DNA from: Squalus acanthias
Lineage: Eukaryota
Direction: 5' to 3'
Length of the DNA stretch: 64,000 nt
Assembly (NCBI GenBank): GCA_030390025.1
Contig: CM059438.1
Span: 66,342,001 to 66,406,000 of the forward strand
Made by a program: the position numbers and the translations under genes. Positions 48,993 through 61,954 of the stretch are shown in pieces. The stretch's first letter is position 1. Each line of letters opens with the position of its first letter. The notes beneath the pieces are model-generated. The model was not told the DNA's origin. It did not search any database and was given only the letters and a program-made list of their open reading frames with translations.

Positions 48993-49913
48993 CTGTTTCT
49001 CTCTCCACGCATGCTGCCTGAGCTGCTGAGTGTTTCCAGCATTTTCTGTTGTTATTTTGACTGCATTGATTTGTCTCTTAACGTGTGTGCTAAATGACAT
49101 TTATTCTTGCTGTTTGCTGAGCATAGATGGGTTCCTTCATGTTATGTGAGCACCACATCAAGGTTACACTGTACACAGAGAAAAACAAGTGTCTGTGGGA
49201 GTGTTACGGGGCATGATGTATTGCAGTGGTTCTGATGATACCCAACATAGCGACAGCCAAGTTCACGTAATCTATGTTGTTGACAGCATCGATCATTGAA
49301 AGGTGAAAGAAGAAACTTAGAGAAGATTGTTTTTCTTTTCTCTGTTAGATTAAACAAGGTAACATATTTTACATTTTGAATGGTGTAACTGCCTTTGCAG
49401 CTGACCAGTTTATTGGAACTGTGTAAATAAATTGATTAATTTGTAGGAGTATTATAAGAAAAGTGAACAGAGGCATTTGTAACAAAAAAAACACACGTGT
49501 CAATTCCACTAGGTTGTGATGCCCTGAAATGAAAGCGCAAAAATCACTTGGCTTGTACATTCGTCAGGATCCTGTATGGTGAAGCTGATGGATTATTTGG
49601 ATCGCAAAACTTTATAGGTTTTTTATCTCATTATTATTTGTGGGACCTTGCTGTGCACAAATTGTCTGCCACCTTTTCCTACATTACAACTATGACTGCA
49701 CTGAATACTTGCAGACTGAAAGAAGTATTCATTGGCTCTGAAGCACTTTGGGCTGTCCTGAGGTCATCAAAGGCGTTATATAAATGCAAGAGAGAATGAC
49801 AGTGCAGAAATTCTTTCCAAGAGTTCTGCAGACCTAGAAGATCCTTAAAGAAAATGGCATCTTTAAAGCATCTCCCACAATGCTAATGCTTGTACCACCT
49901 CTGAGTGAACCAT

Positions 49914-50372
49914 AAAAAAAAGAAAGTCTTGCATTTCTATAGCCCCTTTCACAACCTCAGGATGTCCCAACGCGCTTTACAGACAATAAAGTTCTTTTGA
50001 AGTGTAGTCACTGTTGTAATGTAGGAAATGCGGCAGCCAATTTGCACACAGCAAGCTCCCACAAACAGCAATGTGATGATGACCAGATAGTCTGGTTTTA
50101 GTGTTGTTGGTTGAGAGATAAAATTGGCCAGCACACAAGGAGAACTCCCATGCTCTTCTTTGAATAGTGCCGTGAGATCTTTTACATCCACCTGAGAGGG
50201 CAGATTCAGTTTAACATCTCAATCAAAAGACAGCACCTCTGACAGTGCAGCACTCCCTCAGTACTGCACTGAAGTGTGAACCGAGATTTTGTGCTCAAGT
50301 CTCTGGAGTGGAGCTTGAACCCACAACTTTCTGACTCAGAGGCGAGTGTGCTACCAACTGAGCCATGGCACC
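49914..50372 (-). mobile_element. DeuSINE (SacSINE1-like), full length
   Basis: Same family as 12466-12926. Further fragments at 25930-26088, 27286-27416 and 49627-49790. Confidence 0.87.
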
Positions 50373-51714
50373 CAACTAGGAGCTGCACCTAGTGCAGTGA
50401 TCTTTGACTGGTTGCTGTTATCTTGCTGCTGCGGGTGCTTTGAGAAGATAGTATTTCATGCTTTAAGTGATAAAAGATGAAAGAAGGCATGAGAGGGAGA
50501 TCAGCGGGCACCCTAGCCGAATTGGCGGCACCTGACATGATGTTACTAATCTTATCTGTGAGCCCTAGCACACCTACCTGGTACTAGCCATGGGGAACTG
50601 GCTCCACAGACTGCATGGCAGCAGGGTGCCAGTTTATGAGGCATGCCATCTGCTGCCATGATACCTACAGCCAACCTGCACCATAGGATTGGCATTGTCA
50701 ATAGCGGGCAAGGTTACCAGCACACTCAACGAGTTTGATTCCGTCTCCTTCCGGTCTCTCATTGGCATGATCTTCACACTATCTTCCACAATGCTGCCAA
50801 CAGCTGTATGCAACAACTAGCCAATAGATCAATCTGCATAAACAGCTATTTAATCTCCTTTCCTACTGATGAGTAAAAGGAATGGATAAAAGTGTCCAAT
50901 GTATTGGCACTACTATATTGCCCAGAATACAAGGGTTCTCCGACTCATGGCCACTAGGTTTCTGCTCCATCTCTGGCATCACTACTTGCTCCTCCTGAGC
51001 CTGTACCTTGTGACTCACCCATTGCTACCTCTTCAAGCTCATGAACTACATCCTCTGGCATGTATGTCACTGTGCTGGTGCCTGCAAAGATGCAGCATGC
51101 TGTCTTGTCTTGTCCTGGCCCACTGGCAGGCTGTTGTTCTAGGCTTGCAATGATAGTTGTCTAATGTTTGGATGTGCTCTCCAAGAGGCACCTGTCAACA
51201 GAGTTTGCATTACAAGATACTAATTATATACACTGTTTGTGTGGCTGTGTATAAGTAATTGAGAAGGGGAATAAGAGAGAAGGATTGGATGAGACTAGCC
51301 CATAGCTTGGGGGAGTCCTGTACTTAACCATTTATTTGGTCCTTTGTTCAACTTGGCAAAATTGACCAAGGTGGCAACTTGGCAAGGTTGACCAAGGTGG
51401 CATCTTCCAAGGAAGTCGAGGGTTTGTAATTTCTGAGCTCTCCTCCAGTTTGTGCCTATTCCCTGTGCCAGGTGCCACCTTGTTGTGCAAGCAGAAAAAT
51501 GCTCTCGATGTGGTAACTTGAAGGAGAATAGGCACAATGACAGACGGGAGTTGAAGCTGCAGCCCATACTGAGTGGCATTAAGTGACGGTGGCTCATGTA
51601 GCTAGGTTGTGGTACAGTGCTTTGATGTGTGAAGCTCTTTGAAGACGTGAGTGTACCAAGGCTTTCAATTGTAAGTAACTGCTTTAATTGTATGCATCGT
51701 CAACAATAGAAGTG

Positions 51715-52013
51715 AAAAGAAAGACTTGCATTTATATAGCACCTTTCACGACCACCAGACATCTCAAAACGCTTTACAATAAAATACTATTTGAAGTGTC
51801 GTCATTGTTGTAATGTGGGAAACGTGGCAGCTAATTTGCACACAGCGAGGTCCCACAAACAGCACTGTGATAATGACCAGAAAATCTGTTTTTGTTATGT
51901 TGGTTGAGGGATAAATATTGGCCAGGACACCGGGGATAACTCCCCCGCTCTTCTTCGAAATGGGATCTTTTACGTCCACCTGAGAGAGCAGACGTTTAAC
52001 GTCTCATCCGAAA
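51715..52013 (-). mobile_element. DeuSINE (SacSINE1-like), 5'-truncated
   Basis: Deu core and tail present. Confidence 0.85.
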
Positions 52014-52129
52014 GAGCTTTAAGGTTGTGCGAAGGCTTGGCATGGGTCAGCATTAAACATGCAACAGGTTGCTCAGCAACACTTTTTGGCATGCACATGT
52101 GGATCATCTACCTGATCAGTGGAACCGTT

Positions 52130-53250
52130 GAGTAGGTTTAACTTGGGTAGCTTGCTTAATCTGTTCCATCTGCTTCACTTCTGTTCCCAGTTCTCGCTGT
52201 TGATGCACGTGGCATTGAGCTTGGCTGCCACCACCTGCCAGGCATGCTGCCCTGCATGTCTTCTTCAGGGAGTTCCTGTAGTGCCTTCACACCAATCTCA
52301 CCTGTGCAGCCTCATCTGCAGGCTGCACTTTGCTAGCCATCAAACAGGGGGATTTAAATGCTGCACCATTCCATCGTTACCCCACAAACTGAGATCCTTG
52401 CCTTCACTTCCTGCACCGACCACTGGGTTTTTTCCAAATCCTTTTTTTTGTCCAAAACAGACTTTGGAAACATTTTTGCCCCTTTTACTTCGCTCTGCGT
52501 TCCTTGTTGTCGGTGAAGTTACGCTGAAGTTTCTGCACAAACTTATTAGCATAAGCCCGAATGTAAAATCTCCCATGAACCAGCACAATCAAGCAGCGTA
52601 ATCGATCATAATCGATTCGTGGCTGGAACACCATCACAAAGAGGAGTGGAATTGCCAAAAATGAGCCATTCTTCAACTGACTGCTTAAATGCTCGTGGTT
52701 TTACCTTTTAAGGGGTTTCAATTGACAGCTGGTCACTGCTGGCTCCAATTAACTAATTGCTGCACCAGAGCAGGACACAATTGTGTGGCTTCAATTGACA
52801 GCTGGCCACACGTCTTGTGTACCAAGGGCAGATCAATTGACTGAATTTGGACTAATTCAAACTGAATTGTAATCACAGCACCAGCAGGAGCAACAAACTT
52901 GGGTCAGGCTTCAGTTGACTGCTGGTCAGTGTAGGCCTGGCGATGAATGCTGGACTTGTGTGACCGCGGGTGCCCGTGCGCCCAAGGTACCGGGCGCAAT
53001 GTGATGAACACCCCCCCAGGGACGCAACCGGCACAAACTCGCCATTCTGACCTGGGGACGTGGCCAGTTTTGTGGGCGGGGATGTCTTTGGGTGAATGGA
53101 CTTTTTGAACCAGTGTAAAAAACATGGATACTCCAACGTAAAGTGGTTATGGGCGCAAGTCACTTGTGCTTAAAATTCCATAATCTTTACCGCTATTTAA
53201 TTCGATTCCGTTGCTATCTGGATGGAGATCGTACGAAAACTCCAGGCCCT
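52130..53250 (-). mobile_element. Old Harbinger-type relic (may extend left to ~50400)
   Basis: Minus-strand frame HAWQVVAAKLNATCINSENWEQK*SRWNRL (Myb/SANT-like) at ~52140-52255; end gaaaactccaggccc. Confidence 0.45.
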
Positions 53251-53265
53251 AGACTTTAACACTTG

Positions 53266-53536
53266 GGGGGAAAAATTGAGTTGCGCCCCCTTTGGGGCGC
53301 TAACTTCGCCGGGGCGCTACTTTTAGGGGGCGAGCGGGGCACTGCGCACGACGATGATGTCATTGCCGGCAGCGCAGCGTTGCGGGGCGCTAACAGTTAC
53401 CGCCACCGCTAACCTCCCACTGAATGTCGCAGGAGGCGTTGGTGGTGCCGCGCCCAGGCGCTAGTTGCTTTGCGTCCCGTTAGCGCCATTCTTAGAGTGC
53501 TAACGGGAGGTGTAAAGCAGCCTGAATTTTTAGGCC
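53266..53536 (+). mobile_element. 271-bp Harbinger MITE
   Basis: GGGGGAAAAATTGAG / CTGAATTTTTAGGCC ends; TTG on both flanks; right half homologous to 44890-44966. Confidence 0.8.
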
Positions 53537-54758
53537 TTGGTTTTCTTTGGCAGAAGTGCTGCTCTGTAAGCCTTGGAGGAGGGGGTCTATCCATGGACGG
53601 AGCAGAGGCCCCCTCGCCTTTTCTTTTGTCTTTTTTTGCTCCATTTATTGAACGACACGGAGTGTAGTTATAATTATGTTGCAGCATTTGTTCCTGGCTG
53701 GGTCAGACTGATATTGTACATAGTGGGCATTAGCCTCTGTTTCTACTGCTGACTGTTGCTTTTCTAGCTTGTGATTCAATCGAAAATAGATTTGTGTTTT
53801 GGAAAAAAAACACAGATCGTGCGAAAATGCTGCAACTTTCATTATGTATTAATTGGTCACCGAAGATCATGCAAAAATAACCCACAGTTGCTCATCCCCT
53901 TGGTCGCTGGGTCCAGCTTGTATGAGTTGCCAATCAGTCCAGCACTTTGTGTTGTCTCGTTCTCATAAATAATGAGCTGGAAGAAAAATGGAAACCATTA
54001 CAGTCAGCAATGATTGCTTCCCAATGACACTTACTTCCAAAGGCAAGTCAGATAGAGATAAGATTAAAATCTGTTATCAGCACATTGAGGGCACTGGGAG
54101 AAATATGTGACAAATCAGTTTTGTCCACTACTAGCCGTAGCACTTGAAAATGCAGTATTATTGTGATAACAACACAACTGGACTCCTGCATCACGTCACC
54201 TTATGCCTGGCAACATACTCCCATTCCCAGCGTGCTCAAGACCATCCACTCTCCATCATTTTCGATGGGGAATGGACCACTTCATTGGCAAATTGGGAAT
54301 TTGCATCCAGCTGCCGTGAACGAAGAGCTTTGCATTGCAAATTACGTGAATTGGAAGTGGAATGGGATCAGTTTTGGCAGGTTGCTGACATGCAGTGAGA
54401 TGAAGGCAGCAGAAGACAATGCTATTTATATTTACAGCTATAAATTTACTCAAATAAAGCAACCTCAGCTGCTGTCTGTAAGGATATAACTCTTGCTGGC
54501 TGAAAACTGCATTGCCACATGTCTCTATAAATTTCCTTGAAGAGTGTTCCCTTTGCAGATATTGTGTTTTTATTCTCCTTAGTTCTGCAGGAAGCATCCT
54601 TCAAGACAATTTAGCAAAATTGACGTAAACTATTTTTTGCTGCTGAAAAAAACGGTATCTTGTTGGCAAAAATGCTGAAGGTTGGATTTTCTTCGACATA
54701 TTCTTTGTACAGTCACCAGGAACTGGTGAGCAAAATTGCCGATTGAGTCATTTTTAAT

Positions 54759-55133
54759 GAAAGAAAGTACTTTCATTTATCGAGCACCTTTCCCGACCTC
54801 AGGATTCCCCAAGACGCTTTATAGCCAATGAAGCACTTTCGAAGTGCAGCTCGTGTTGTAATGTACGAAACACGGCAGCCAATTTGCACAAAGCAAGAAC
54901 CCACAAACAGCATTTAAATAAATGATCAGATAATCTGCTTTAGATGTTGGTTAAGAAAGAAATTTTGCCCAGGACACCAGGGAGAACTCCCCTGCTCTTC
55001 TTCGAATAGTGCCGTGGGATCTTTTATGTCCACCTGAGAGGGCAGACGGGGCTCTGGCTTAAAATCTCATCTGAAAGACAGCACCTCCAACAATGTAGCA
55101 CTGCCTCAGTACTGCAATGACGTGTCAGCCTAG
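54759..55133 (-). mobile_element. DeuSINE (SacSINE1-like), partial
   Basis: Deu core and tail present. Confidence 0.8.
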
Positions 55134-55629
55134 GTTTCTGTTCTTCTTACTATATCCCTAAATCCCTTTTTTCTCTCAAGAACCTAATATATAGCCTCTT
55201 AAGCCCATTTGTATTATAACTTTTTTCACCCAAATGTTTATAAACGTGGAAACGTTCCAACTGTTTTTTTTTGCAGGTTCCTATTAACTAGCATTAGCAT
55301 TTAAATCGTTTGCTACAGTGAACAAGGTCACTGGATCAATTTTGTTGAAGCACCTTGAATATTTTCTGTCACATCATACTGTTCTTTTTTGATAATTAAT
55401 ACAAAGGTTGCCAGCAGTCTTGAAAGTAATTATAAATGAAATGTTTCTCTAAGACAAAGATGGCCTAAAAATGTTGGTAATTTTGGGTGTAGTGGTAGTA
55501 AACGTAGGAATTTTGCATTCGCATTCTGTATTATATTATGTCAGGTTTTGGGACTTTTGACAGAAAAGGTTTGGATTAAAACTAATGTTACATTTAAGGG
55601 TTGTATTTTGCAATCCCAATTTTAATCAC

Positions 55630-55885
55630 TTCACCATTGGTGGCTGTACCGTCTGTTGCCTAGGCCCTTAGCTCTGGAATTCCCTCCCTAAACCTCTCTG
55701 CCTCTCTACCTCTCTATCCTCCTTTAAGATGCTCTTTAAAACCTATCTCTTTGACCAAGCTTTTGGTCATCTACCTTAATATCTCCTTATGTGGTTCGGT
55801 GTCAAATTTTGTTTTATAACATTCCTGTGAAGCGCCTTGGGACGTTTTACTACATTAAAGGTGCTATATAAATGAAAGTTGTTGT
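55630..55885 (+). mobile_element. L2-type LINE 3' end
   Basis: ctctggaattccctccct..aaaacctatctctttgaccaagc..gctatataaatgaaagttgttg. Confidence 0.75.
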
Positions 55886-55909
55886 TTAATGTAAAGTAAA
55901 TTCACAAAA

Positions 55910-56450
55910 GTGAGAAGCTGGGTACTCTGCAACGAGTGTCTCACCTCCTGACTCCCCAAAGCCTTTCCACCATCTACAAGACACAAGTAAGGAGTGTGAT
56001 GGAATACTCTCCACTTGCCTGGATGAGTGCAGCTCCAACAACACTCAAGAAGCTCGACAACATCCAGGACAAAGCAGCTCGCTTGATTGGCACCCCATCC
56101 ACCACCTTAAACATTCACTCCCTCCACCACCAGCGTACCGTGGCTGCAGTGTGTACCATTTACAAGATGCACTGCAGCAACTCGCCATGGCATCTTCGGC
56201 AGCACCTCCCAAACCCGCGACCTCTTCTACCTAGAAGGACAAGGGCAGCAGGCACATGGGAACTCCACAACATCCAAGTTCCCCTCCAAGTCACACACCA
56301 TCCTGACTTAGAAATATATCACCAATCCTTCATCGTCGCTGGGTCAAAATCCTGGAACTCCTTCCCTAACAGCACTGTGGGAGTACCTTCACCACACGAA
56401 CTGCAGCGGTTCAAGAAGGTGGCGCCCACATCCCATAAAAACGAATAAAA
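55910..56450 (+). mobile_element. LINE 3' fragment ('MEYSPLAWMSAAPTT' family)
   Basis: ORF 55936-56448. Confidence 0.85.
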
Positions 56451-57398
56451 AAAAGTGTTAAAAAGGCACTGAGATGAAAGGTGATTAAAATACTGATGTG
56501 ATAAGCTTTGATGTTGGTTCCTCAAAGACTCCAAATGCTAAACGCCTCACATCCATTGTGTTGGCAGGTCCCTGCTGCCCACTTCTTACAGGAAATGTCA
56601 GGTTACGAATAGAAGGAGATAACAAGCCAAAGACACAGACAGGCAGTCAGTCTGATCTAGTAATGGCTGTAAAGTCAGTCAGGTTTTAAACAGAAAGGTG
56701 TGAAGACAAGCTTTGGCTGGGCTCAGAAGGAGAGTACAGGAGAATAGTTAGGAATTATTTTGCTCAAGTCAAGCAAGATGGCCCACAGATGTGGGAAGGC
56801 ATAGCATTCTCATTATTTTTGTATTTTTACATGAAGCAAAGTGCTACTGATTTAATTAAATAAGTCTGATCATAACTGTTGTTCTGTATGTTCACTTGCT
56901 GTGAAGTAAATCATCTTAACAGTTCGTATCTGGCATCATCTCACCAGGTGTTTTCCTGGACCACCTTTAAAAAGATTGAAGAAGCACACATGCCAAAGAC
57001 ACAAATATGTGGTTCAGTTCACGAGGGGTTACTGCTGTTACCCCCCTGAGTTATGCTATCGTATAGTTAGATTTTTGGCACTATGGGCACACCCCTAAAC
57101 GTAAGGTGCCTTGACCACTTGGGGAAGTGACTAGCACTGCTGTTCATAAGAGAATATCTAAGGCAAGATCCTAAACTTGTAATGTATTACTTGAGACTTT
57201 TGCACTTCAAGTCCCTCCATGGCATTACTACTCATGTGCTTCCATACTCTGTAATTCTCTCCCTAGACCTTTAGCTACCTCCTTGCTTACCTTCAAAAGC
57301 CTCCTCAAAACCTACCTCTTTGACCAGGCACCCCACTTAACATCTCTCTCATTTCCTGCTTTGGTGGCCACTGTTCCCCCAGTAAAGTGGCTTGGAGT

Positions 57399-57755
57399 AA
57401 CAACAGAAAACGCTGGAAAAACTCAGCAGGCCAGGCAACATCCGTGGAGAGAGAAACAGAGTTAACGTTTCAGGTCGAAACCCTTCGTCAGAACTGAGAG
57501 AAGAGCAGGAAATGAAACAGATAAAAATGCAAGGGGGAGGCTGGGGGGAGGAATAAAAGACCAAAAGGGGTGGTCTATGGTAAGTAGAGACATTAAGAGA
57601 TGCTCAAGGTGAGACGAGATGGTAATGGGACAGGTTAAGAAACAAAAGGTGGCAGAAGTGTGAAGTGTGAAATGCTGGCAGAATGAGAGACAGCTGCCGT
57701 AGGGGGAGAGAGAGAAAAAAAAAGGAAAAAGGCACGAACCAAAAGGGTGGATAAA

Positions 57756-57786
<31 letters not shown>

Positions 57787-57878
57787 GTAGGAGTCGAGGT
57801 TATGATCTGAAATTGTTGAACTCGATGTTGAGTCCAGAAGGCTGTAAAGTGCCGAAACGAAAGATGAGGTGCTGTTCC
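57399..57878 (-). mobile_element. Penelope-like 3' end with hammerhead motif (57460-57495), a (TA)n run and a perfect 14-bp TSD
   Basis: TSD AAGTGGCTTGGAGT at 57385-57398 and 57879-57892; inserted into an L2 3' relic. Confidence 0.85.
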
Positions 57879-58572
57879 AAGTGGCTTGGAGTGTTTTGTG
57901 CCATGCATGGCACTTTTCAGATGTAAGTGGTTCCACTGCTGTCTTTGTCTTGCGATGATACTAAAGACGCACATTTCTGATTTGATCGATTGTGATAAAT
58001 ACAGTTGAAACATGGCTGCTGTTCAAATATAGTGGCAAAAATTCTCATCTCCCTGCCAAACTGCCTCTTGAGGTATTTCTTAAGCACGGCTATCTCACCA
58101 AAGTAAACAAGTGTGAAGGAATACTAATGGGGACATTTATCACGATTTTTCAACTTCTAGCCATCAACACAATTATGCTGTACTGCTCATATTCTGCTGT
58201 GAGATAATGTAGCAGAAAGAAAGTGCAGATGAAGTATAAAGTGCTGTCGGAATGTTTAGCACAGGGAGCTCCTTAGCAAATGGGGAGATGGTATTTTTAG
58301 CGTTCCAGTCATGGTGTCTTTAATCTGCAGGAATCCTTCAGAGGATTCCGATGTGCAGTAAAGTCAAGTTAGCAGGAATGTTTGTTTGAAAGGGAATGTT
58401 CGCGGATGCTATAACTCTGCATACTGATCGGGAAACGGTGCGAGAGTTTGTGGGACAGCTGGCACAGATGTGTTGCTGCTGCTCAGCCCTATTGCCGGTT
58501 TTATTTTTTTGTCAAAGTGCGACAATGCTGCTTTCTTCCTAACTCATTACCTTGCTCCCAGGTCTTACACTG

Positions 58573-58888
58573 ATTCAAGGCTGCAATGAGCAGGGTGTGG
58601 ATGGAGAGCAAGATCGACCCTCCCCTTTAAGAACTGGCCAGCGCCAGTGTGTCTGTGTTCCATTGCTGACTGACATCACATGAGCTTCGCCAGCGCTCTG
58701 AGGTAGCGCCTCGCTCCTCGGAATTAGCGCCTTAAGAGAGGTGTGTAGCGCTTGATTTAGCGCTCCAATCACCTCCAGGGGCAATAGAAGCCAAGTTTGC
58801 AGTCGGAGCCGATAATTAGCGGCAGGCGCTAAACTTTGCGCACGGCCGATAATTGTGCCCCAAACGGGGCGATACAGAATTTCTCCCC
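58573..58888 (-). mobile_element. Orphan Harbinger terminal fragment (left end of the 40087 family)
   Basis: Near-identical to 5308-5625 and to the reverse complement of 40087-40405. Confidence 0.85.
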
Positions 58889-59290
58889 GAGAGTTTAATC
58901 TGACAAAAATAAATCTTAATCTATTCCTTGAAAAAAAACAATCCCTGTCTTGAAAATTGGGTGTAAGTCACATGCCCAAATTTCCTCAATCTTTTGCGCT
59001 GAAAAGCGGCATTACATTGTACTTACACTGTTGTTTTAGCATAACTTTTCAGGAAATTCCGAGCCTTTTAAAACGTGTTTCTTCTTTCTTTCACAAAACA
59101 TCACGGTCAGGATCAGCTAGTGTATCTTTGCTGAGTATTTCTTTAATAGAAATAATTGGATAAAATTAAAAATTTACTCGTCACAAAGATGTTCCTATTT
59201 TAAGAGACTTCCACAATACTGTGGTAGAAAGGATGTTTAAGAATTCTCATTTCATGGTTATCCCAGGGCTTGGTAATCAGGCAAGGGCGT

Positions 59291-59519
59291 TGACATGAAT
59301 CTTGTCATTCATGTGGAAATGACTTATGAAATAATACTGGGCGGCCTGCTGGTGGCGCTGTCCAGGGAGAGTATAAATACTCGGGCATGGGCCCAGCTTG
59401 CTCAGGACATTCTTTAACAGGAACTAGTGAAGGACACAACTAGATCTCCATGTTGAAAAACAGTTGATTAAAGCTTTGTTTAACGCTTAGACCAAGTGCT
59501 TAGTAGTTTTCTTACATCA
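59291..59519 (+). mobile_element. Solo LTR (229 bp), family 2
   Basis: TGACA...CATCA ends; flanks GGCGT/TGCGT; homologous to 26918-27136. Confidence 0.75.
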
Positions 59520-59927
59520 TGCGTCAGTGACAGAACCTTGCTCAGCCTGCTTTTCCCATCTCCAGCATGTGTTCCTCTCATTGTCAGTATTTCCCCATGT
59601 TATTATCACGATGGGCAGAATTCCTTCTAGTACTCTGTGTGTTTTTGCCGCTATTTAATACGCATCCAATCTCTGTGAGCCTGAACTTTTTTTGTTATAT
59701 TTTCATGGCTTGGCAGCAGGTCTTATTTGTTGTTCTGGCACATCAATCTATTCTATGAGTGATTGGAAGGGCGTAGAGGCTGTAAAGCACTTGTACTGGC
59801 CACTTGCTGTGATGATCTATTCTGGATGTCTTTCCTTTATTTCCGCAAGGGTAGGAGTGGGGAGTCTTGATTCCAATGCCTGTTCATGTCATTTTGGGGG
59901 AAAAGCGGCGCTGTGTGTGCTCCAGCT

Positions 59928-61954
59928 CAGGTACATTCACTAACCACTGCTCACTATCCTTTGACCCTGGTACATTCACTAACCACTGCTCACTGTCCTT
60001 TGACCCAGGTACATTTAGTAACCACTGCTCACTATCCTTTGACCCTGGTACATTTAGTAACCACTGCTCACTATCCTTTGACCCTGGTACATTTAGTAAC
60101 CACTGCTCACTATCCTTTGACCCAGGTACATTCACTAACCACTGCTCACTATCCTTTGACCCTGGTACATTTAGTAACCACTGCTCACTATCCTTTGACC
60201 CAGGTACATTCACTAACCACTGCTCACTATCCTTTGACCCAGGTACATTTAGTAACCATTGCTCACTGTCCTTTGATCCAGGTACATTTAGTAACCACTG
60301 TTCACTAACCTTTGACCCAGGCACATTTAGTAACCACTGTTCACTGTCCTTTGACCCAGGTACATTTAGTAACCACTGTTCACTGTCCTTTGACCCAGGT
60401 ACATTTAGTAACCACTGTTCACTGTCCTTTGACCCAGGTACATTTAGTAATCACTGTTCACTGTCCTTTGACCCAGGTACATTTAGTAATCACTGTTCAC
60501 TGTCCTTTGACCCAGGTACATTCACTAACCACTGTTCACTGTCCTTTGACCCAGGTACATTCACTAACCACTGTACACTGTCCTTTGACCCAGGTACATT
60601 TAGTAACCACTGTTCACTGTCCTTTGACCCAGGTACATTTAGTAACCACTGTTCACTGTCCTTTGACCCAGGTACATTTAGTAACCACTGTTCACTGTCC
60701 TTTGACCCAGGTACATTTAGTAATCACTGTTCACTGTCCTTTGACCCAGGTACATTCACTAACCACTGTACACTGTCCTTTGACCCAGGTACATTTAGTA
60801 ACCACTGTTCACTGTCCTTTGACCCAGGTACATTTAGTAACCACTGTTCACTGTCCTTTGACCCAGGTACATTTAGTAACCATTGTTCACTGTCCTTTGA
60901 CCCAGGTACATTTAGTAACCACTGTACACTGTCCTTTGACCCAGGTACATTTAGTAACCACTGTACACTGTCCTTTGACCCAGGTACATTTAGTAACCAC
61001 TGTTCACTGTCCTTTGACCCAGGCACATTTAGTAACCATTGTTCACTGTCCTTTGACTCAGGTACATTTAGTAACCATTGTTCACTATCCTTTGACCCAG
61101 GTACATTTAGTAACCACTGTTCACTGTCCTTTGACCCAGGTACATTTAGTAACCACTGTTCACTGTCCTTTGACCCAGGCACATTTAGTAACCATTGTTC
61201 ACTGTCCTTTGACTCAGGTACATTTAGTAACCATTGTTCACTATCCTTTGACCCAGGTACATTTAGTAACCACTGTTCACTATCCTTTGATCCAGGTACA
61301 TTTAGTAACCACTGTTCACTATCCTTTGATCCAGCTACATTTAGTAACCACTGTTCACTGTCCTTTGACCCAGGTACATTTAGTAACCATTGTTCACTGT
61401 CCTTTGACTCAGGTACATTTAGTAACCATTGTTCACTGTCCTTTGACTCAGGTACATTTAGTAACCATTGTTCACTATCCTTTGACTCAGGTACATTTAG
61501 TAACCATTGTTCACTATCCTTTGACCCAGGTACATTTAGTAACCACTGTACACTGTCCTTTGACCCAGGTACATTTAGTAACCACTGTACACTGTCCTTT
61601 GACCCAGGTACATTTAGTAACCACTGTTCACTGTCCTTTGATCCAGCTACATTTAGTAACCACTGTTCACTGTCCTTTGACCCAGGTACATTTAGTAACC
61701 ACTGTTCACTATCCTTTGACCCAGGTACATTTAGTAACCACTGTACACTGTCCTTTGACCCAGGTACATTTAGTAACCACTGTTCACTGTCCTTTGACCC
61801 AGGTACATTTAGTAACCACTGTTCACTGTCCTTTGACCCAGGTACATTTAGTAACCACTGTTCACTGTCCTTTGATTCAGGTACATTTAGTAACCACTGT
61901 TCACTGTCCTTTGATCCAGGTACATTCACTAACCATTGCTCTCTGTCCTTTGAT
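59928..61954. repeat. Tandem array of a 39-bp unit (CCAGGTACATTTAGTAACCACTGTTCACTGTCCTTTGAC), ~52 copies
   Basis: Directly visible; the 13-codon period yields spurious long ORFs in several frames. Confidence 0.98.

Larger units (their letters stand above)
47157..49053. mobile_element. Inverted (head-to-head) pair of Penelope-like 3' ends with GIY-YIG endonuclease ORF remnants
   Basis: ORFs 47470-47799 (-) and 48179-48778 (+): LVYCIRCSRCGLLYIGETKRRLGDRFAEH..VACHFN..GLN. Flanked by the direct repeat ATTTTGACT(A/G)CATT (47143-47156; 49054-49067). Confidence 0.92.

Noticed and set aside
26918..59519. The two family-2 LTRs as the ends of one 32-kb retroelement
   Set aside because: Each copy has its own distinct near-perfect 5-bp TSD, and I saw no adjacent PBS or PPT.
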